Assembly: GCA_036229005.1 (NCBI GenBank)
Contig: JAZAMN010000012.1
Location: 1-50,354 of the forward strand
DNA length: 50,354 nt
DNA from: Myxococcota bacterium
GTDB taxonomy: Bacteria > Myxococcota_A > UBA796 > CAJQPC01
Direction of reading: 5' to 3'
Position 1 is the stretch's first letter; each line of letters begins with the position of its first letter. The position numbers and the translations under genes are program-made. Shown here piece after piece: positions 17,162 through 27,200 of this stretch. The notes under the pieces were generated by a model. The model worked only from the letters and a program-made list of their open reading frames with translations, made no database searches and was not told where the DNA came from.

Positions 17162-19309
17162 ATGCAGTTCGTCGTTCTTCGGACTCTAAAACAATCGGAG
17201 ATCGGTTGGTTCGGCGAAGTTCGACGCCAGGGGAGAGAAACAAGTAGGCAACGGGCGGTCAACTTCGATGGCGTCACGGTTGACAGGCTGTTCCCGACAG
17301 CCGGGAGCCGCGACGAAATCCACATCGATCTCACCCACAGAAACGACGTTTATGCTCCAACCGTACAACGTCAGACCCTCAAGCAACAGCACAAGAACTG
17401 GCGACTGACGGGACAAAAGATCGACGACGCACGCTTTGCCTTCGTAACTGCCGGAGATCTATTGGTGATGCGAATCGACACGGCCGGCGAGCTACCCTCT
17501 GGGGCTTTTGAGGTTCTCCCTCCCGACCATGAGGTCGCTCGCAGAATTCTGGCCCGCCCCGAGGCATCAGCCTTGATCAGCACCGGGCTGATTGCACTGC
17601 ACCCTTCCGAGGCCGGCCCCATCCCCCAGATCCTCGCGAGGATGGACCCTGACTTGTTCGGCTCACTGGCATCCGATCGCGGCAACGCCCATGAAGGACC
17701 TTCCCCGATGACTCCCTCCGAGGACCCGCTACTTGTCATTCCATCGGCCGCCCGAATGTTCCAGGTTGTTGGAAATCTAGGCCACAACCTGCCAATCGCA
17801 ATCGCCGACCTAATCGACAACTCTATTGTCGCCAGGGCTACGCGAATCGAGGTCAACTGGCCTCGTCCAGACAACGGACAGCGATGGCTATCCATCGTCG
17901 ACAACGGCACCGGTATGGACCGGAACGCACTGCTGGAGGCTATGCGCTTCGGTTCCGTCCGTGACTATGCAGACCGCGACCTGGGGAAGTTTGGCATTGG
18001 CTTGAAGGCCGCCTCGCTCAGTCAAGCTCGGGTGCTCACCGTCGCCTCCCGAACGAGCGAAGGCAGCGTGTCGGTGCTGCGCTGGGACCAGGATGCAGTT
18101 GAACGCGGTCGGGACTGGCGGCTTGTCGAGCCCGAACTCGCTGAGTGGGAAGAGCAAGCGCTGCTCAACCCACTTGAAGCAGAAGCAGGAACCGTCGTGC
18201 TTTGGGATCGAGTGATGCCTCCCAGGGCGATCCGGCGGCGTACTCGGCGAGTCTCGGACCCAACCATCCCCGACGACGCCTACGGACGAGCCCTCCACAA
18301 CCTGTCACTCCATCTAGGGATGGTTTTCCACCGATTCCTCCAAGGTCAGACGCGCTCCGGACGTCGCACGGAGATTTTGATCAACGGGCAAGCTATCGAG
18401 CCGTGGGACCCATTCCTCCCCTCACACCCGAAGACTTGTGCGCTACCCGGATTCGCAGAGAATCTCCCAGGCCCTGGAGACGTTGACTGCCCGGTCACGG
18501 GGCGCCCAGTCGTGCTCCCGCACAAGGCCCAATTCCGTGATGAGTCCCAGTGGAGGCGGGCGGGCTTCGATGGTCAGTGGAACCAGCGCCAGGGGCTCTA
18601 CATCTATCGGGCGGACCGGCTGATCCAGGCCGGCGGCTGGTGCGACATCTGGCAGCGAGACGAGCACACCAAGCTATTGCGCGTCGCGTTGGCCTTCGAT
18701 CCCGAACTCGACGACCTGTTCGAGATCAACGCGGCGAAAATGTCGGTCACGCTACCGCCCCTCCTCGCTCGCGCCTTGCGAGGCAATCTAAAGGAAGCGC
18801 GGAAGACCGCCCGGCGTCGATACAAGGAACGAGGTGGCACCAATCGAAAGCCGAAGAAGCCACCGGGAAAGGGCTTCAAAGCGAGTTCCTCTGCAGCCGG
18901 GCCTCGACCCCCGACACCAAGCACTTTGACCGCTGACGCAGGCACACCTCCGGGCAAGCCAGCCTCAACGCCAACAGTTCCAGAGACTCCGGTTGGCGCG
19001 ACTCTGCACCCCGACGCGCCACTGGACACGCCCTCTTCCCCGCCGAGCCCCCCGCGCCTCATCCACGACCGGCGCGACGGAGCCAAGGCTTGGGCTGTCG
19101 AGTCCACACTGCTGGGTGGACGAGACGTCCGCTTGGACCGCAACCACACCCTTGGACAGAAGCTCGCCACCGTCGTCCCTCCGGGCCACCCGGCGTCATC
19201 GGTGTTGGCAGCCCTCATCATCGCCGTAGAATCGTCCCCGATCGGCGCAGAGAGCGTTGAGGCGCTCCTGTTGGACTGGACACCCGAAACAGGTGACAGC
19301 GATGCCTGA
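17162..19309 (+). CDS. MORC/MutL-like GHKL ATPase with an N-terminal EcoRII-N/B3-like domain
   Basis: ADLIDNS, DNGTGM, LGKFGIGLKAASLSQ, GTVV, QGLYIYRADRLIQAGGW; about 180 extra N-terminal residues; Pro-rich linker near the C-terminus. Confidence 0.88.
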   Translation: MQFVVLRTLKQSEIGWFGEVRRQGRETSRQRAVNFDGVTVDRLFPTAGSRDEIHIDLTHRNDVYAPTVQRQTLKQQHKNWRLTGQKIDDARFAFVTAGDLLVMRIDTAGELPSGAFEVLPPDHEVARRILARPEASALISTGLIALHPSEAGPIPQILARMDPDLFGSLASDRGNAHEGPSPMTPSEDPLLVIPSAARMFQVVGNLGHNLPIAIADLIDNSIVARATRIEVNWPRPDNGQRWLSIVDNGTGMDRNALLEAMRFGSVRDYADRDLGKFGIGLKAASLSQARVLTVASRTSEGSVSVLRWDQDAVERGRDWRLVEPELAEWEEQALLNPLEAEAGTVVLWDRVMPPRAIRRRTRRVSDPTIPDDAYGRALHNLSLHLGMVFHRFLQGQTRSGRRTEILINGQAIEPWDPFLPSHPKTCALPGFAENLPGPGDVDCPVTGRPVVLPHKAQFRDESQWRRAGFDGQWNQRQGLYIYRADRLIQAGGWCDIWQRDEHTKLLRVALAFDPELDDLFEINAAKMSVTLPPLLARALRGNLKEARKTARRRYKERGGTNRKPKKPPGKGFKASSSAAGPRPPTPSTLTADAGTPPGKPASTPTVPETPVGATLHPDAPLDTPSSPPSPPRLIHDRRDGAKAWAVESTLLGGRDVRLDRNHTLGQKLATVVPPGHPASSVLAALIIAVESSPIGAESVEALLLDWTPETGDSDA

Positions 19310-21884
19310 ACTCAACCTCGCGCAAGCCATCGAGTTGGCTCGAACCATGCACCGGTTCGGACAGCCGTTATCCGATATTCTAGGGAACTCGGCCATCCCA
19401 GAACGATTCCATTTCGAGGTCCAAGCCGCACTTACACCTACGACGCTACAGGTCCCCGAGCTCTCTGGCGGGGTTGGGGGGGATGCTTGGGTCCATCGAC
19501 CGATGCGCTACGGCTGGTACTACTGGAGCCGTCTCGAAAAGTACCTGCGCTACACCAAGAACTGGGATGGAGACATCATCGACTCCATCGCGGAATGGTC
19601 GCTGCGAATCCTGGCGCGAACGCCTGACCCCCAGACCGACGCTTTTGACTGCAGAGGTCTCGTCGTTGGCTACGTCCAGAGCGGGAAGACCGCCAACTAC
19701 ACTGCGGTGGCGGCGAGAGCAGCGGACGCCGGGTATCGGCTAATCGTAGTGCTTTCAGGAATCCACAACGCGCTCCGCGAGCAGACACAGTTTAGGCTCG
19801 ACCAGGAGCTTACTGGAGAGGTACCCACAGGCGAGCCGACAGTCGGGCGTCCAGAACATGGTCGACGGTGGGTGCGGCTCACCTACGAGGGACAGGACTT
19901 CCCGGGCGTACTGGATCCGGGCACGCTTCAAGGCGACGTGCCCATCCTAGTGGTGGTCAAGAAGCACAAGGACATTCTCGACAACTTCATCGCAGAGCTT
20001 CGAAGCGCAGGGACGGATGCGCTGAGGCACCTGCCAATGCTCGTGATTGACGACGAGGCCGATCAGGCCTCGGTCAACACCGGAGAGAACCGCCCCGCGG
20101 CCGACTGTGATGTTGACGCCGGAGAGCTGGAAGACACCGAAGACGAGACGGAACCGTCGCGCATCAACGCGCTGATCCGCGACCTCCTGACCGTCGTGCC
20201 ACGCAGGTCGTACATCGGATACACCGCTACTCCCTTCGCCAATGTGCTGATCTCACCCGACGAATCTGACCGAGAGGTTGGCGCCACACTGTTCCCGAAG
20301 GACTTCATCATCCAACTGCCCAAACCAAGGGGATACACCGGAACGGCGGAGCTCTTCGGAACGGACGGGGGAGCAGGGCGCAACGTTCTGAGGTTCGTCC
20401 CCGACAACGAGTCCCGTTCCCTACGCCCTTCCCGCAACGAGCTTCGCGACTTTAGACCGCCACTGACCACAAGCCTTGTCCGGGCGGTCGAAGACTTCAT
20501 ATTGTCTGGTGCCGTCCGGATCTTCCGTGGCCAGGTGGGCAAGGCCAACACGATGCTCGTCCATACCACCCACTACACCACCGCTCAGGCAAGGATCGCC
20601 GAAGTCCTGCGGCGCCACGTCGAAGCGCTGAAGGGGGAATGGCGGTTCGGCGGTCATGGCGCGCCAGTCAGAGCACGTCTGCGGGACCGGTGGGTACAGG
20701 ATTACCGCGCGGGAGTCGACAAGGTCGAAGGTGCCCCCGATAGCTTCGACGACCTGGCTGGAGGTATCGACGAGGTCCTCGACCGACTACACGTTCTCGA
20801 ACTCAACAGTGCGTCCGCGGAAGAGTTGGACTACCGCCGCGGCGGAGCCCTCCAAGTCATTGCGGTTGGTGGCAACCGGTTGTCCCGTGGTCTGACTCTG
20901 GAGGGCCTCACAGTGAGCTACTTCCTTCGAGCCAGCGGCATGTGCGATACGCTACTGCAGATGGCCCGGTGGTATGGCTATCGGCACGGATTCGAGGACC
21001 TGATGCGGATCCACACGACGAAGGACCTCGCATCCTGGTTCGCAGAACTCGCCCTGGTCGAGCGGGACCTCAGAAACGAACTAGATCGCATGAACATGCA
21101 GGGCCTGCCCCCTATCGAGCAGGGGGTCCGAATCCGCTCCCACTCATCGATGCTCCTAACCTCCCGCCTGAAGATGAAGAACGGCACGTCGATCCGGGTG
21201 GGCTACTCCGGCGACCACCCGCAGACGATCGTCTTCCCGCTCGAGGACACCGACGTACTGAACCGGAACGTGGCCCTCGCTCGAGAGCTCCTGAAGGCAG
21301 GCTCGGTCAACCCGTCCGGCGGCGGCATCCTGGCCACCGGCCTCGGCGTCGAAGACGTGGCGAGGTTCATCGAGGAGTTCGCCTATTCTGCCGAGACCCG
21401 AGCTCTCGACCCCAGCCACCTGAGCGCATGGCTGCGTCGGCGTGCCGTGCACGGTGATCTTGTCGACTGGACGGTGTATGTCGACGGGCGCTCGGACGGC
21501 GCGTTGGGCTCCATCAGCCTTGCCGGCCAGGACATCGGCCTGGTGCAGCGTACGCGCCTGCAGGGCACCTCCAGCATCGGGGCGCTCATTGATCCCAAGC
21601 ACGAAGCAGCGGACCTCGGCGAGATCGAGCGCTTCCGGCGGGGAAGAAGCTACGACAGTGGCGCTATGCGGGCAGCACGCCCCAGGAACCAGGGCCTTCT
21701 CCTGCTGTACGCGATCAGCCCGGCGTCACGCCCCGACAAGATCGGCAACCGGGCCCCCCTCTACCCCGAGGGGACGCCACGCCCCGAGGCAGTGATCGGC
21801 TTCGGCCTAAGCCTCCCGCACGTCAGTGACGACAGCGGCACCGACTACGTTGTGGGGACGCGCTGGTCTGGAGACACGCGATGA
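19302..21884 (+). CDS. Z1-domain SF2 helicase/endonuclease-like protein
   Basis: GLVVGYVQSGKTANY, LVIDDEADQAS, YIGYTATPFAN, GGNRLSRGLTLEGLTVSYF, DTLLQMARWYGYR; ATG overlaps the upstream stop. Confidence 0.93.
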   Translation: MPELNLAQAIELARTMHRFGQPLSDILGNSAIPERFHFEVQAALTPTTLQVPELSGGVGGDAWVHRPMRYGWYYWSRLEKYLRYTKNWDGDIIDSIAEWSLRILARTPDPQTDAFDCRGLVVGYVQSGKTANYTAVAARAADAGYRLIVVLSGIHNALREQTQFRLDQELTGEVPTGEPTVGRPEHGRRWVRLTYEGQDFPGVLDPGTLQGDVPILVVVKKHKDILDNFIAELRSAGTDALRHLPMLVIDDEADQASVNTGENRPAADCDVDAGELEDTEDETEPSRINALIRDLLTVVPRRSYIGYTATPFANVLISPDESDREVGATLFPKDFIIQLPKPRGYTGTAELFGTDGGAGRNVLRFVPDNESRSLRPSRNELRDFRPPLTTSLVRAVEDFILSGAVRIFRGQVGKANTMLVHTTHYTTAQARIAEVLRRHVEALKGEWRFGGHGAPVRARLRDRWVQDYRAGVDKVEGAPDSFDDLAGGIDEVLDRLHVLELNSASAEELDYRRGGALQVIAVGGNRLSRGLTLEGLTVSYFLRASGMCDTLLQMARWYGYRHGFEDLMRIHTTKDLASWFAELALVERDLRNELDRMNMQGLPPIEQGVRIRSHSSMLLTSRLKMKNGTSIRVGYSGDHPQTIVFPLEDTDVLNRNVALARELLKAGSVNPSGGGILATGLGVEDVARFIEEFAYSAETRALDPSHLSAWLRRRAVHGDLVDWTVYVDGRSDGALGSISLAGQDIGLVQRTRLQGTSSIGALIDPKHEAADLGEIERFRRGRSYDSGAMRAARPRNQGLLLLYAISPASRPDKIGNRAPLYPEGTPRPEAVIGFGLSLPHVSDDSGTDYVVGTRWSGDTR

Positions 21885-22897
21885 AGAGCGTCGACGGACC
21901 CACCATCGAACTGTGGGGAGATCTGCGACGTTCGCCTCCGGATGGACTTGGCGCGTTCTCCGCGTGCGAGCTGCGCGTCGATGGTCTGCGATGCGGTCTC
22001 TACATGGCCATCGGGAGCGACCTCGGGCTGCACCTGTTCATCCCGGTCTCCGGAGATCCTGAACCCGCCCTGCCAGTACGACTGAACGGCTTGGAGGTCC
22101 ACGAACGCAAAGTGCTTCTGGGGGGCGCCGAGCCCGAACTATTCCTGGACCTGTGCTCTACACCAGCCTATGAAGCGATGTTCACGACGGTGGCCCGCGA
22201 GGTCGCGCAGGCCGTCGCGGTCGAGCGAATGGACCCGCGCAAGGCAGCACTGCGGACGATCCGACGGTGGCAGACCTTCTGGCGTCCGCCAAGGGGCGCC
22301 ACGCTTACCCGTTCCCAGCAGGTCGGCCTGTTCGGTGAGGTGTGGTGGCTCAATCGGGTCTTAGTCCCTCTGCTGGGCCCGGAGGCAATCTATCGGTGGA
22401 CCGGCCCGAACGGGGAGCGGCATGACTTCCAGGGAATGGGGCTCCATGTGGAGGTCAAGGTCACGGAGAAGGCCCAGCCAGTCTTTCGCATCTCCGGTTT
22501 GGAGCAGCTTGACCCCCCGGACGGGAAGCCGCTCGCCCTCGCGACGTTGATGGTGCGAGAAGAATCCGGCGCAGCAGACAGCCTCGTCCAGGAGGTTGCG
22601 TCTTGCGAGCGTCGGCTGCTAGCCCACGTCAGCGAGCTCGAAGCATTCCGCGACAGGCTCGCCAGCGTCGGGTACCGCAGGGAGTCCGAGTCGGAGTGGG
22701 ACAAGCTGAGGCTGCTAGTGCGAACGGCCGACCTGTACGTCGTCGATGACGCCTTCCCTCACCTCTCCGCGGAGATGATCGAGGGAGGCTGTCCCCCCGG
22801 GGTCGGCGCCGTGACCTACGACATCGACCTAGCGATGGTCGCGCCTCTGTCGGCAGATGAGCGGGATCTCATACTACCGGGCCTGCAACCAACGTAG
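21881..22897 (+). CDS. PD-(D/E)XK motif protein (DUF4420)
   Basis: QVGLFGEVWWL, WTGP..ERHDF, VEVKVT, ISGLEQLD; ATGA overlap with the Z1 gene. Confidence 0.9.
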   Translation: MKSVDGPTIELWGDLRRSPPDGLGAFSACELRVDGLRCGLYMAIGSDLGLHLFIPVSGDPEPALPVRLNGLEVHERKVLLGGAEPELFLDLCSTPAYEAMFTTVAREVAQAVAVERMDPRKAALRTIRRWQTFWRPPRGATLTRSQQVGLFGEVWWLNRVLVPLLGPEAIYRWTGPNGERHDFQGMGLHVEVKVTEKAQPVFRISGLEQLDPPDGKPLALATLMVREESGAADSLVQEVASCERRLLAHVSELEAFRDRLASVGYRRESESEWDKLRLLVRTADLYVVDDAFPHLSAEMIEGGCPPGVGAVTYDIDLAMVAPLSADERDLILPGLQPT

Positions 22898-23057
22898 CTG
22901 CTGGTCACCAACACTACGACGGCAGCTCTACTGGGTGTGCGTACCGCCCCGCGTTCTGGCCAGCGCTGAAGCCCCGGGTCACTCAAGGCCTGCACGAATC
23001 GACGCTCGGTGTGGTGCATCGTTGATGGCTTCGAACGGCTCCATATGTATGTCCCCA

Positions 23058-23196
23058 GCCCTACTCCCCCACAGGATCTGACAGCTCATGGCCCGACAAG
23101 GTCCCAGAGCGCTTCGGCTCGTCCACCCACAGCCCCTTGAGCCGCAGCTGCGAGTTGTCGTCCCAGCCCATGAACTCCAGCGAGGGCGTCGGCTCC
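23058..23196. repeat. Right copy of the 139-bp direct repeat (3' end of the intact lipoprotein gene)
   Basis: Aligns gaplessly to 15312-15450. Confidence 0.95.
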
Positions 23197-23723
23197 CCCT
23201 CCAGCTCGAAGAACTCCACGAGCTCCTGCCTGTGGGTGTGGTCCCCGGGCTCGCCGCTGAGCAGAATGAACACGCCCAGGCCGTCCCCCCGGATGGTGAT
23301 CTCGCCCTGCTGCGCGCCGCTGTCCAGCGCGCCGGCGCCTGAGCCCCAGCTCCAGATGGCCCCCGCGTAGCTGAGGGTCCAGTCCACCGGGATGGCGACC
23401 TGCTCGCCCTCTCCGGCCAGCAGCCAGGGCCTCTTGCAGCTTCGGAGCACCGGGTCTCCTGCGACCGAGACGTTGGCGACCCAGCCGAAGACGTCCAGGG
23501 TGGCCTTGTTTCCACCCATGGGGATGTAGGACGTGGGGCTCATGTAGCTGTGGGCCCCCTCCCACTGGGCCGCCGCATCCCGCGGCGTGACCCCCTGGTA
23601 GTCCTGGTCCCAGTCCCACTCGGAGACCTCCCACTGCTTGCAGGTGGGGACCGGACGCGCCTCCGCAGAGTTGCAGCCGGTCAAGAGCGAAAAGAGCAGA
23701 AGGAGCATGTTCGGAATCCCCAT
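23061..23723 (-). CDS. Hypothetical lipoprotein; island target gene
   Basis: LLLLFSLLTGC lipobox; host-like codon usage; start at 23723 or 23708. Confidence 0.7.
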   Translation of the reverse strand: MGIPNMLLLLFSLLTGCNSAEARPVPTCKQWEVSEWDWDQDYQGVTPRDAAAQWEGAHSYMSPTSYIPMGGNKATLDVFGWVANVSVAGDPVLRSCKRPWLLAGEGEQVAIPVDWTLSYAGAIWSWGSGAGALDSGAQQGEITIRGDGLGVFILLSGEPGDHTHRQELVEFFELEGEPTPSLEFMGWDDNSQLRLKGLWVDEPKRSGTLSGHELSDPVGE

Positions 23724-23778
23724 ATCCCCAGGGTACACGCAAAGAACCAACGAACAAGACCGCATTCCAAAGCAGACA

Positions 23779-24240
23779 TCAAGGTTCTGTGAACACCAGC
23801 TCCGCCAACACCTTGTCCAGCCCGGGCGCATACCCATCGGCGATGTGCTCGGTCTGCACAAAGCCAAAGCGGCGGTAGAAGCCAAAGCTTCGCGGGGTGG
23901 TGTCCAGCACGCAGCGCTCGCACTCCAGGGCCATCTCCCCCAGGCGCACGGCGAGCAGGGCGCTGCCCAGCCCCTGCCGGTGGTGACTGCGCGCGACCAG
24001 ACCCCAGCAGAGGCCGCCAGCGCCGGGCTCCTGGCGCTTGAACCACCCGCCGAAGGCCCGCGGTGCCCCTCCCTGCACCACCGTCAGGTAGCGCAGAGCG
24101 CCGAGCTCCCCAGCCTCCAGGCGCCCCAGGAAGTCCTGGTACTCCTGCAGCTCGTGGGCAGCGAAGAACTCCGGGAGGTTGCCCCGGAAGGCCTCCAGGG
24201 CGAAGGGGGTGTCCTCCGCCCGGAAGGCCCGGATCTCCAT
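23779..24240 (-). CDS. GNAT family N-acetyltransferase
   Basis: VARSHHRQGLGSALL motif A; FYRRFGF. Confidence 0.85.
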   Translation of the reverse strand: MEIRAFRAEDTPFALEAFRGNLPEFFAAHELQEYQDFLGRLEAGELGALRYLTVVQGGAPRAFGGWFKRQEPGAGGLCWGLVARSHHRQGLGSALLAVRLGEMALECERCVLDTTPRSFGFYRRFGFVQTEHIADGYAPGLDKVLAELVFTEP

Positions 24241-24257
24241 GCCGGGGTCCACCGCGA

Positions 24258-27200
24258 TCACAGGCCGCGGACGCTGATCTCCACGGCCAGGCCGTCGATG
24301 TCGTCCACCACGGGCTCGCCGAAGGGGGCATCGGCCCACTCGGAGACCAGGGTCTCACCGCCCACGTGCTCCTGGAAGCGCTTCACGGCAGCCACCACCT
24401 TGTCGTCACCGGCCACGTGCAGGGCGATGCGCTGGGTGTAGCCCAGGTCAAGCTGCTTGCGCAGGCCCTGGACGCGGCTGATGACCTCGCGGGAGAGGCC
24501 CTCCTCGCGCAGGTCCTCGTCCAGCTCGGAGTCCAGGGCGACCACGGCCTTGGCGGAGCCCGCGGCCTGGAAGCTGCCCTTGGGGGTCACGCGCACGTCG
24601 ACCTCGTCGGGGCCCAGGGTGACGGGGCCGTTGGGCAGGTCCAGGGTGAGCCCACCGGCCAGCACCTTGTTGCGCACCTCGGCGCCGTCCATCTTGGCCA
24701 GCATGCCCGCGCAGAGCTTCATGTCCTTGCCCAGACGGCGCCCCAGCACGGGGTAGTTGGGCTTGACCTGGAAGTCGACGAAGTCCCCCGCGCGCTGGGA
24801 GAAGTGCACCCCGCGGACGTTGAGCTCCTCGGTCAGAAGAGGCAGCAGAGGCTCCAGCGCAGCGGCCCGCTCGGGCTCGGCCAGGATGACCTCGACGGCG
24901 CGCAGAGGCTGACGGACGCGCTGGCCCACCTTCTTGCGGGCCGCCAGGCCCAAGGATGAGAGCTCCCTGATCAGGGCCATGTTCTCGCTCAGCCCCGCAT
25001 CCAGCGCAGCCTCGTCCACCTTGGGCCAGCTCCGGTGGTGCACGCTGGACTCCGGCAGGTGCCCACACAGATCCCGGTAGAGGGCCTCGGCCATGAAGGG
25101 CACGAAGGGCGCGGAGAGGTGCGCGACCTGCACCAACACCTCGTACAGAGTCCACAGGGCGGCGGGGTCCTCGTTCCAGAAGCGGCTGCGGGAGCGGCGC
25201 ACATACCAGTTGCTGAGGCCCTCCACGAAGGCCTGCAGGCTGCGGGCGGCCTCGTAGATGTTGTAGGCCTCCAGCTCCGCGGTCATGGTCGCGGTGGTCT
25301 GGTTGAGCTCGTGCAGGATCCAGCGGTCCAGGGCGCTGCGCTCGGTGGGTGCGTCGCCGCTGGCGGGGTCGAAGCCCGCGATGTTCGCGTAGATCGAGAA
25401 GAAGCTGTGCACGTTGCGCAGGCGCAGGTGGAACTCCCGCTGGCCCTCGCGGATGTTGCGCAGGCTCAGGCGGGTGTTCGACCAGGGCGGGTTGGAGGCG
25501 TAGAAGAGCCAGCGGAACGCGTCCGCACCGGGGGCCTGGAAGGGCGCCTTGAGGGTGACCGTGCCGTCCAGGCCCAGCGCCGCGATGTCCGCGGGGTTCA
25601 GGTGGACGGTGTCCTTCTTGGTGACCTTGGCCTTGGCGACGGAGAGCTTGCGCTCGCCGCTGGGGCCGACGGCCGTGAACTGCTCCTTGGGGGTGAAGCC
25701 CAGGGACTTGACCTGCGCGGCCATGAAGCCCACGGTGCCGGCCTTGACCTGCTCGTCGGCGATGACGTTCAGGGTGGTCTGCCCCAGCATCACCAGATCC
25801 GGGGAGGTGTAGTTGCCCTTGGACTTGGACTCCTTCTTGCCGTCCATGTCCGTGACGTGGCCCAACACAATACAGTTCTTGTAGGGCCGGGGCATGCCCA
25901 CGGGCTCCAGACCGTACTCGGTGCAGGTCTCGTCATCAAAGAGCAGGGTGCTGATCATCAGCAGGCTGTAGAACCAGCCGCGGGTCTGGTCGACCGCCTC
26001 GGAGATGAAGTCCGCGGGGAAGCGCTTCTGGAAGATGTCCTTGGAGCCCTCGGCGTGGGGGAAGCCCCACTGGGCGAAGGGCATCGCGCCGCTGTCGAAC
26101 CAGCAGTCGATGACCTCGGGCACGCGGTGCATGGTGGCCCCGCAGCCACAGGGCAGCGTCACGCGGTCGATCCAGGGGCGGTGGACCTGCAGGTCCTTGT
26201 CCACGCTCTGATCAAAGCCACTCTCGCGCCCGGCGGCGGCGTTCAGAGCCTCGATCTCGGCCACGGAGGCGGGGGCCTTGTGGGCGTTGCACTCCGGGCA
26301 GACCCAGATGTTCAGGGGGGTGCCCCAGAAGCGCTCGCGGGACAGGGCCCAGTCCACGTTGTTGCGCAGGAAGTCGCCGAAGCGGCCGTCCTTGATGTGC
26401 TCGGGCATCCAGTTGACGGCCTGGTTGTTCTCCAGGGCCTCCGCGTTGAGCGCGGTGGTCTTGATGAACCACGCGGGGCGGGCGTACTGGATGAGCGGGT
26501 CGTCCATCTTGCGCCAGCAGAAGGGGTAGTCGTGGCGGTACTGCTCGTGCTTGAAGAGCACGCCGCGCTCCTTGAGGTCGCGCACGATGACCTTGTCCGC
26601 GTCCTTGCAGAACAGGCCCTCCAGGAAGCCCGTGCCCTCGACGAACTTGCCGTTGGGGGCGATGAGCTGGAGCAGGCCGACGCCGTTGTCCTGGGCGACC
26701 TTGAAGTCGTCCTCACCGAACGCGGGGGCGGTGTGGACCAGCCCGGTGCCGGAGTCGGCGGTGACGTGGGTGCCCACGATGACCTTGTGGAAGTCGCCGG
26801 TCTCGGGCTTGGCGAAGTCGTAGATCGGCTGGTAGCGCAGGCCGTCCAGCTCGGAGCCCTTGGCCTCCGCGATGACCTCGCCGACGCCCTCGCCCAGGAT
26901 CTTCTCGCGCAGCGCCTCGGCCACGACCACCAGCTCGTCCCCGCCATCCTCGAGCGGGAGCTTGACCAGCAGGTAGTTCAGCTTGGGGGAGACCGCGATG
27001 GCGGTGTTGGAGGGCAGGGTCCAGGGGGTGGTGGTCCAGGCCAGGAAGGAGACCGGGTGGGTGCCGGCCAGCAGCTCCTCGGCGGTGCGGACACCCCGGG
27101 TGAAGGCCTTGACGACGGCGTGCGGATCCTGGGCGGTGAACCGCACCGACACCGAGGGGTCGTTGACCTCCTTGTACCCCTGGCCGACCTCACCCGCGGA

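Larger units (their letters stand above)
15312..23196. mobile_element. Integrase-less genomic (defence) island between direct repeats
   Basis: Visibly lower GC with many CGA/CTA/GAA/AAA codons; a + strand operon in a - strand neighbourhood; bounded by 139-bp direct repeats. Confidence 0.8.

Noticed and set aside
22898..23057. Remnant AIPR, integrase or vsr gene at the island end
   Set aside because: The three plus-strand frames gave no recognisable motif, and the interval is only 160 nt.
15312..23196. Diversity-generating retroelement (TR/VR pair)
   Set aside because: Mismatches are not adenine-specific in either direction (G and C positions also change) and no reverse transcriptase is present.
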